Part shown: piece by piece, positions 58,048 to 64,000 of the stretch
How the letters are laid out: each line of letters opens with the position of its first letter
Numbering within the stretch: the stretch's first letter is position 1
Source of the DNA: an uncultured Gemmatimonadales bacterium
Lineage (GTDB): Bacteria > Gemmatimonadota > Gemmatimonadetes > Gemmatimonadales > GWC2-71-9
Assembly (NCBI GenBank): GCA_963779755.1
Contig: CAVZZO010000001.1
Span: 1,632,001-1,696,000 of the forward strand
Length of the DNA stretch: 64,000 nt
Direction: 5' to 3'
Notes under the pieces: generated by a model
Databases searched by the model: none
Seen by the model: only the letters and a program-made list of their open reading frames with translations
What the model was told of the DNA's origin: nothing
Position numbers and translations under genes: made by a program

Positions 58048-58610
58048 AACCAGGATCAATTGCTGCCGCGGCCCTGTGCTGCGCGGCGCTCACCACGCCC
58101 GCCGCGGGGCAGGGCACCCCGCTTCAGGCCGGCGCACCGGCGCCGGACTTCGCGCTCCAGGGGGCCACGCAGTCGGGCGTGCTGCCCGATTCGGTCCGGC
58201 TCAGCGACTTTGCGGGGAAGACCGTGGTTCTCGCCTTTTTCTACCAGGCGCGGACCAAGGGCTGAACGGTACAAATGGAGGCGTACCGTGATCAGTACGC
58301 CACGCTCTTCAACGGCGGCCACGATGTGGTCCTGCTCGCCCTCAGCACCGATCCGGCCGACACCCTCGCGGCGTGGGCCGCGGATGAGCATTTCCCCTTC
58401 CGGCTCCTCAGCGATGCCGGCGGGCAGGTGGGGGCGCGCTACGGTGTGTACCTGGAGAAGGGCGGAGTGGACAGCCGGGTGATTTTCGTGATCGGGCCCG
58501 ACGGCAAGATCGCGTTCCGCCAGGCTCCCTTCCGCGAGCTCGATCCCTCCGCCTATCGCATGCTGGCCGCCGCGGTGGACAGCGTGTCCGGAGCCGGCCC
58601 GGAGCGCTGA
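58044..58610 (+). CDS. Exported peroxiredoxin (BCP/AhpC-TSA-like), probable selenoprotein with in-frame TGA at 58263-58265
   Basis: GAPAPDFAL...LSDFAGKTVVLAFFYQARTKG*TVQMEAYRD...SRVIFVIGPDGKI in one frame; TGA lies at the peroxidatic Cys position. Confidence 0.85.
58266..58289 (+). promoter_or_regulatory. SECIS-like hairpin
   Basis: ACGGTAC-AAATGGAGGC-GTACCGT immediately 3' of the UGA. Confidence 0.55.
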
Positions 58611-58627
58611 CCGGCAGGAGGCCGTGC

Positions 58628-59203
58628 ATGCAGCAGATCAAGGGCAATGTACTGCGGGCCCGCATGGATTTTGTCCGGGAGCACTTCGGCGACCAGGGCA
58701 TGGAGCGGGTGCTCGCCTTGTTGAGCCCCGACGACCGGCAGGCACTGCGCTCGGTGCTCACCATCAAATGGTATCCCTTCGCCCTGGGCCAGCGGCTGGA
58801 TGCCGCCATCGTCCAGGGCCCCGGGCAGGGCCGGCCCGAGCTGTTCGAGCGGCTGGGCGAGGCCTCCGCCAGCCGCAATCTGCAGACCCTGCACAAGGGA
58901 TTCCTCTGCCCCGGCGATCCGCAGGCCTTTCTGGCCAAGGCTCCGGTGATCTACGATCTCTACTACGAGACCGGCAACCGGACCTACCAGCGCAGCGGTG
59001 AGCGGGAAGGGGTGCTCACCACCCACGATGCGGAAACCTTCAGCGCGCCGGACTGTCTTACCGTGATCGGCTGGTACCGGCGGGCGCTGGAGCTCTGCGG
59101 CGCTCGCGAGGTGTCGATCACCGAAGAGGAATGCCGCGCCAGCGGCGGCACCGTCTGCCGCTATCGCGTTCGCTGGGCCGGCGTCGAGGGCCCGCCGGCC
59201 TGA
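58628..59203 (+). CDS. TIGR02265/DUF2378-like protein with V4R-like C-terminus
   Basis: IKG..L, WYP, EECRASGGTVCRYRVRW; AGGAGG RBS. Confidence 0.7.
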   Translation: MQQIKGNVLRARMDFVREHFGDQGMERVLALLSPDDRQALRSVLTIKWYPFALGQRLDAAIVQGPGQGRPELFERLGEASASRNLQTLHKGFLCPGDPQAFLAKAPVIYDLYYETGNRTYQRSGEREGVLTTHDAETFSAPDCLTVIGWYRRALELCGAREVSITEEECRASGGTVCRYRVRWAGVEGPPA

Positions 59204-59267
59204 CCGCGCCGGTTAACGCCGCGGCCGGCGCCGCGTCGGTCCGGATGACTCTCTCGGTGAGGCATCC

Positions 59268-59633
59268 ATGCGTTCGTTTCTGCTGATCCTCCGGCGTCCC
59301 GCCTGGCTTCTGGCTGCGGCGCTGCTGCTTCCCTTGCCGCTCACGGCCCAGGCGACTCAGGGCCGGGTGGTCCGCCCTGCGGCTCCCCGAACCCTGCAGG
59401 CTCCTGCCGGCCGCATCCAGCGGCGCGAGCTCCGCGCCGACCGGCGTGACCTGCGCCTGGACCGGCACCACCTCCGCCTCGACTACCGTGGGGTGCGGCG
59501 CTGCCGGCTGGATGGCCGACCGGTTCTTGTGACGCGGGCCCACCGGCACCTCCGGCTCGACCGCAGGGACCTGCGACAGGACCGGCGCGACCTGCGCCAG
59601 GACCGGCGCCGCTGGCGCAGTCCGGTGATCTGA
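59268..59633 (+). CDS. Small secreted Arg-rich protein with DRRDLR heptad repeats
   Basis: Signal peptide; repeated (L/Q/A)DRRDLR units. Confidence 0.6.
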   Translation: MRSFLLILRRPAWLLAAALLLPLPLTAQATQGRVVRPAAPRTLQAPAGRIQRRELRADRRDLRLDRHHLRLDYRGVRRCRLDGRPVLVTRAHRHLRLDRRDLRQDRRDLRQDRRRWRSPVI

Positions 59634-59639
59634 CCTGCC

Positions 59640-59730
59640 GTGAGCGGTAAGCGGTAAACGGGCTCGCCCCGGCTTTCCCGAGCGAGCCCGTTCCCCTTTT
59701 CCTGTTCGCGTTTCCCCGTTTACCGCTCAC
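59640..59730. terminator. Nested inverted repeats / terminator between convergent genes
   Basis: ACGGGCTCGC...GCGAGCCCGT followed by a T-rich tract; outer GTGAGCGGTAA/TTACCGCTCAC includes the thrC stop. Confidence 0.6.
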
Positions 59731-61009
59731 CGCTCTCCAGTTCCGCCGCCAGCGCCTCCAGGTCTGCCGGAATGCGCCGGGGCGGGTTGGCGCCCGGCGG
59801 CAGCGGCTCGCGCTGCCGGTGATACTCCACCAGGATTTCCGGATCCTTCAGCACGTGGCCGGTGAGGATCGCGACCACCCGCTCCTCGCGGCCGATCACC
59901 CCCTCCTCGCGCAGGCGCCGGACACCGGCCACGCTGGCCGCGCTCGCCGGCTCGCACCCGGTCCCGGAGCGGTCGATCACGGCCTTCGCTTCCAGAATGC
60001 GGGCATCGCTGACGGCGGTCACCACGCCGTGGGTCTCTTCGATGGCACGACGGGCGCGGTCCCAGGAGGCGGGATCGCCGATGCGAATGGCGCTCGCCAC
60101 CGTCTCGGCGCGGACCCGGTGGCGCTGGGTAAAGCCCTCGGCGAAGCCCCGCGCGAACGGAGCCGCCCCGGCGGCCTGGATGGCCGCCAGCCGGGGCAGC
60201 CGCTCGATCAGGCCCAGGTCGCGCGCCTCGCGCAGCGCCTTGCCGAAGGCCGAGGTGTTTCCCAGGTTGCCCGCGGGCAGCGCGATCCAGTCCGGCGGTT
60301 TCCAGTCGAGCTGCTGCAGCAGCTCGAAGATGATCGTCTTCTGCCCCTCCACCCGCCAGGGGTTCACCGAGTTGAGCAGGGTGATACCCAGCCGGTCCTC
60401 CGCGGCCTGCACCAGCGCGAGACAGGCATCGAAATCCCCCGCCACCTGGAAGGTACGGGCGCCGTAGGCCAGGGCCTGCCCCAGCTTGCCCAGCGCGATC
60501 TTCCCCTCGGGGACGAGCACCAGGGCCGGCAGCCCGGCGAGCGCGGCATAGGCGGCCAGCGAGGCCGCCGTGTTACCGGTGGAGGCGCACGCCACCGCCC
60601 GCGCTCCCGTGCGCTTCGCCTGCGTCATGCCCACCGTCATGCCCCGGTCCTTGAAGGATCCGGTGGGATTCATCCCCTCATGCTTGAGCTGGAGGGCGTC
60701 CACGCCGGCCCACTCGGCGACGGAGGCTCGCTCGACCAGCGGTGTGTTGCCCTCGGGCCAGGTCACCGGGTCCGCCGCCCCTGGCATGACCAAGTCGCCG
60801 AAGCGCCAGACCCCCGAACCGCCGGCGATGCGACCCAGCGCCTGCCGGAGCGCCGCTCCCCGGTGTTCCGGGCGGCGGTGGTGCAGGGCCAGCAGGCCGC
60901 CGCAGTCGCAGCGGGTGCGGGGGTCGAGCTCGCTCAGCACGTCACCGCAGGCCTGGCAGACCTGCCAGCTCCGCTCGCCGGCCGGCCCGGTCCAGTCGTC
61001 GCGCGTCAT
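59720..61009 (-). CDS. thrC: Threonine synthase
   Basis: EGNTPL, NPTGSFKDRG, CASTGNT, EGQKT, GNLGN, EPASAA. Confidence 0.95.
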   Translation of the reverse strand: MTRDDWTGPAGERSWQVCQACGDVLSELDPRTRCDCGGLLALHHRRPEHRGAALRQALGRIAGGSGVWRFGDLVMPGAADPVTWPEGNTPLVERASVAEWAGVDALQLKHEGMNPTGSFKDRGMTVGMTQAKRTGARAVACASTGNTAASLAAYAALAGLPALVLVPEGKIALGKLGQALAYGARTFQVAGDFDACLALVQAAEDRLGITLLNSVNPWRVEGQKTIIFELLQQLDWKPPDWIALPAGNLGNTSAFGKALREARDLGLIERLPRLAAIQAAGAAPFARGFAEGFTQRHRVRAETVASAIRIGDPASWDRARRAIEETHGVVTAVSDARILEAKAVIDRSGTGCEPASAASVAGVRRLREEGVIGREERVVAILTGHVLKDPEILVEYHRQREPLPPGANPPRRIPADLEALAAELESGER

Positions 61010-61950
61010 TGGGCCAGATCTTCCACCCGGGCGCCCCGGGTGTCGACCCGGGCGATACGGGTGCGACAGCGCAGCCCGGCGCTGCCGTAGGCCTGGCGCA
61101 GCGCGAGCGCCACCCGCTCCGCGCCCGCGGGATCGCGAGCCAGGGCGAAACTGGTTGGGCCGCTGCCGGAGATGGAGCAGCCCAGGGCGCCCGCCGCCAG
61201 CGCCGCCGCCTTGGCCTCGCGGAAGCCCGGCAGCAGCGGAGCCCGGACCGGCTCGGCGATACGATCGTCGATGGCGCGGCCCAGCAACGCGAGATCACCC
61301 GCCGCCAGGGCGGCCACGATGGCGCCCACCTGGGCGGCCTGGTGCAGGGCGGTATCCCGGTCGATCACGGCCGGCAACACGGCGCGGGCCGCGCTGGTGC
61401 GCAGGGCCTGGTCGGGGTGCGCCAGCACAATCAGGAGATCGGGGGGGACCGGCAACGGGATGAGCTCGGGAGGATCCATGCTCCGGATCAGCACGATGCC
61501 GCCCAACAGGCTGGGCGCCAGGTTATCCAGATGGCGGCCGGCCAGCCGTTCCTCGGCCTCCAGGCCACAGGCGAGGATCGCGCCAGCGTCGAGCGGATCG
61601 CCCAGCAGGCGGTTGACCGCGACCGCCGCGGCGATTGCGCTGGCCGCGCTGCCGCCCTGGCCGCCGGCCAGGGGCAGGCCCTTCTCCACGGAGAGGCGCA
61701 GCCCCACCCCCTCGCGGCCGGCCCGCCGCAGGACGGCGGCGGCGGCCAGGCCGGCGGCGTTGCGGCCGGGATCGCTGGGGAGGGCGGGACCGCCCGGATC
61801 GGCGATGGTGATCCCCGGCTGGTCCGTGGAGCCGGCGATGACGCGATCGCCGGCCCCGGTGAGCGCCAGCCCCAGGATATCGAGTCCGGGACCCAGGTTC
61901 CCTACCGAGCCGGGCGCCCAGGCCCGGCAACTGTGAAACGGGAGCGGCAT
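61006..61950 (-). CDS. thrB: Homoserine kinase
   Basis: GNLGPGLD, GHMP motif PLAGGQGGSAA, HLDNLAP, ISGSGPT; overlaps thrC start. Confidence 0.92.
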   Translation of the reverse strand: MPLPFHSCRAWAPGSVGNLGPGLDILGLALTGAGDRVIAGSTDQPGITIADPGGPALPSDPGRNAAGLAAAAVLRRAGREGVGLRLSVEKGLPLAGGQGGSAASAIAAAVAVNRLLGDPLDAGAILACGLEAEERLAGRHLDNLAPSLLGGIVLIRSMDPPELIPLPVPPDLLIVLAHPDQALRTSAARAVLPAVIDRDTALHQAAQVGAIVAALAAGDLALLGRAIDDRIAEPVRAPLLPGFREAKAAALAAGALGCSISGSGPTSFALARDPAGAERVALALRQAYGSAGLRCRTRIARVDTRGARVEDLAQ

Positions 61951-62046
61951 GGTCGGATGGCCGGTGCGCGGGACGGGTGACGTTAGGTACCCGCCTGATT
62001 AAAGTCCATAGGCCGTTGCCCCTCTCTTCCTGGTGGAAGCCATGGC

Positions 62047-62568
62047 ATGCTGACCCTTCTGAAGCTGCTGCAGTCGATGGTGCGCGCCCTCCATTCGGAG
62101 GGGACGCCGGGGCAAGTGGCGGCGGGCATCGCTCTGGGAGCGGCGCTGGGCCTTACCCCGCTGCTGGCGCTCCACAATCTGGTCATCCTCGCGCTCATCG
62201 TGTTGCTGAACGTCTCCTTTCCCGGCGGGATGCTGGGCTGGCTGGTGTTCACCCCGCTGGGATTTCTGCTGGACCCGCTCTTCGACCGGATCGGCCAGCT
62301 GCTCCTGCTGCAGACGCCGGCCCTGCGGCCCTTCTGGACCGGGCTGACCAACACCCCGATCCTGCCCTACACCGATTTCAACAATACCGTCGTGCTGGGC
62401 AGCTTCGTCACCTGGCTGGTGCTGGTCGTTCCCATCTTCTTCCTGGCCCGGCTGGGGGTGGCGCGCTACCGGACGACGCTGGGCGAGCGGGTGCGCGCCT
62501 CCCGCTTCTACCGGGCGGTGGCGGCGTCGAAGGCCTATAACATCTACCGCTGGTTCCGGCCCGGATGA
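62047..62568 (+). CDS. TIGR03546-family membrane protein
   Basis: LHSEGTPGQVA, DPLFDRIG, FNNTVVLGS. Confidence 0.85.
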   Translation: MLTLLKLLQSMVRALHSEGTPGQVAAGIALGAALGLTPLLALHNLVILALIVLLNVSFPGGMLGWLVFTPLGFLLDPLFDRIGQLLLLQTPALRPFWTGLTNTPILPYTDFNNTVVLGSFVTWLVLVVPIFFLARLGVARYRTTLGERVRASRFYRAVAASKAYNIYRWFRPG

Positions 62569-64000
62569 GCCGCCTGCGTGTCTTCCGCTGGCGGGCAGTG
62601 GGGCCGCTGCTGGTGATTCTGGCGCTGCTGGGTGTCCTCTGGCTCATCTTCGGCGACCTCCTGCTGCAGCAGACGGCCGAGGATGCGGGCAGCGATCTCC
62701 TGGGGACGCAGGTGGATGTGGCCGGCCTGCATCTGCGGGAGAGCCGGTCGACCCTGGATATCGGCCGGCTGCAGATCGCCGATCCGTTCGACTCGCTGCG
62801 CAACCTGGTGGAGACGGGGGCCATTCGCCTCGAGCTGGACCCGGCGGCGCTGCTGGAGAAGAAACTGGTGGTAAACCGGCTCGAATTGCATGGGCTGCGC
62901 TTCGGCACCCGGCGGGCGACGGCGGCGCGGCACGTCTCCGGGAGCGGGTTCGCGCCCCGGCTGGTCTCCCAGATGCAGGAGTGGTCCCGCCAGTTCGATC
63001 TGCCGCTGCTCCAGCTGACCCCGCTGGACACCATCCGGCAGCTCGCGCTGCACCCCGAGCAGCTCACTACCGTGCGGCGCGCGGAAGCGCTGGCCGGTAC
63101 GGTGGACTCCACCCAGCGGGCGTTCCGCGATACCCTGGCGGCGATCGATCCGCAGCGGACCATCGACTCGGCCCAGGCGCTCATCCGGCGGCTCCAGGGA
63201 GCGACGCCGGCGTCGCTGGGCGTGCAGGGGATCCGGCAGGCGGTGACCTCGGTGAAGAACACGCTGGACGAGGTCAACCGGCTGGAGGCCCAGGTGCAGA
63301 GCCTGCAGCGCAACGCCGACGCGGGCGTCGGGGCCATCCAATCCGGCCTCAATGGCGTGCGGCAGGGGCTCGACGCCGATTACGCCTTTGCCCGGGGGCT
63401 GTTGCAGCTGCCCAGCTTCCGGGCGCCGGAGATCGGGTCGGCGCTCTTCGGCAGGGTGAGCGTCGATCGCTTTCAGCAAGTCACCTACTGGGCCGAACTG
63501 GCGCAGCACTACCTGCCGCCCGGCCTGCAGCCGCGGGTGCGGCCGGCCTCGAATCACCTGCGCCGGGGGGGCACCACCGTGACCTTCCCGAAGGCGGAGG
63601 CCTATCCCGCCTTCCTGCTGCGGCAGGGTGCGCTCGACCTTACCCTGGGCGAAGGCAAGGCGGCCAGCAGGTTCACGCTCAGCGTGCAGGGCGTCACCAC
63701 GCAGCCTGCGGTCTACGGACGGCCCGCGGTCATCCGGAGCCGGGGAGCAATCGGCGGCGCCACCCCGGTCCAGCTGGGGCTGGATGCGGTGCTGGATCAC
63801 ACCGGAGGAGTGCCCAGCGATTCGCTGCGACTGGACGTGGCCGGTGTGCCGCTGCCCGGGTTCCGTCTGCCGGGGCTTCCCTTCCGGGCGCGCCCCGGGC
63901 CCGGCAGGAGCAGCCTCGCATTCCGTCTGCAGGGCGACCGGCTGGACGGACAGCTTACGTTACGCGCAAACCAGATTGCCTGGGAAGCCGATTCGGGGCA
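62565..64000 (+). CDS. TIGR03545-family protein, 3'-truncated by the window edge
   Basis: ATGA overlap with the TIGR03546 gene; MSRLRVFRWRA TM anchor, LQIADPFDSLRNLVE; frame appears open to the window end. Confidence 0.8.
   Translation, partial: MSRLRVFRWRAVGPLLVILALLGVLWLIFGDLLLQQTAEDAGSDLLGTQVDVAGLHLRESRSTLDIGRLQIADPFDSLRNLVETGAIRLELDPAALLEKKLVVNRLELHGLRFGTRRATAARHVSGSGFAPRLVSQMQEWSRQFDLPLLQLTPLDTIRQLALHPEQLTTVRRAEALAGTVDSTQRAFRDTLAAIDPQRTIDSAQALIRRLQGATPASLGVQGIRQAVTSVKNTLDEVNRLEAQVQSLQRNADAGVGAIQSGLNGVRQGLDADYAFARGLLQLPSFRAPEIGSALFGRVSVDRFQQVTYWAELAQHYLPPGLQPRVRPASNHLRRGGTTVTFPKAEAYPAFLLRQGALDLTLGEGKAASRFTLSVQGVTTQPAVYGRPAVIRSRGAIGGATPVQLGLDAVLDHTGGVPSDSLRLDVAGVPLPGFRLPGLPFRARPGPGRSSLAFRLQGDRLDGQLTLRANQIAWEADSG

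Noticed and set aside
58263..58265. Genome-wide UGA reassignment (genetic code 4 or 25)
   Set aside because: Many conserved genes here end at TGA at the expected length, so any recoding is site-specific

Overview
High-GC bacterial chromosomal window. The gene content (Ser/Thr kinase-TolB_N-TPR protein, TIGR03545/TIGR03546 pair, multi-PAS kinases, heptamer repeats) suggests Gemmatimonadota; this is an inference. About 55 CDSs are supported. They include gdhA, a B12 radical SAM enzyme, an RhaD/SDR fusion, an octaheme HAO-family cytochrome with a membrane partner, a split LigD (PE/LIG/POL) operon divergent from fpg-like and DUF72 genes, class I aldolase, a regulator/cupredoxin module, an ADP-forming acyl-CoA ligase, a two-component cluster, aguB-aguA, a GH57-type glycogen cluster, ettA, a SWIB protein and thrB-thrC. 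No rRNA, tRNA, CRISPR array or transposase was recognised. The strongest hidden feature is an exported peroxiredoxin whose catalytic codon is an in-frame UGA followed by a hairpin (probable selenoprotein; the ORF track splits it in two). Also notable are probable ACG and CTG start codons, a GGACTGA repeat that supplies the stop codon of seven genes, and operator, sigma54 and CRP-like sites. All family calls come from motif recognition by eye, not database searches.
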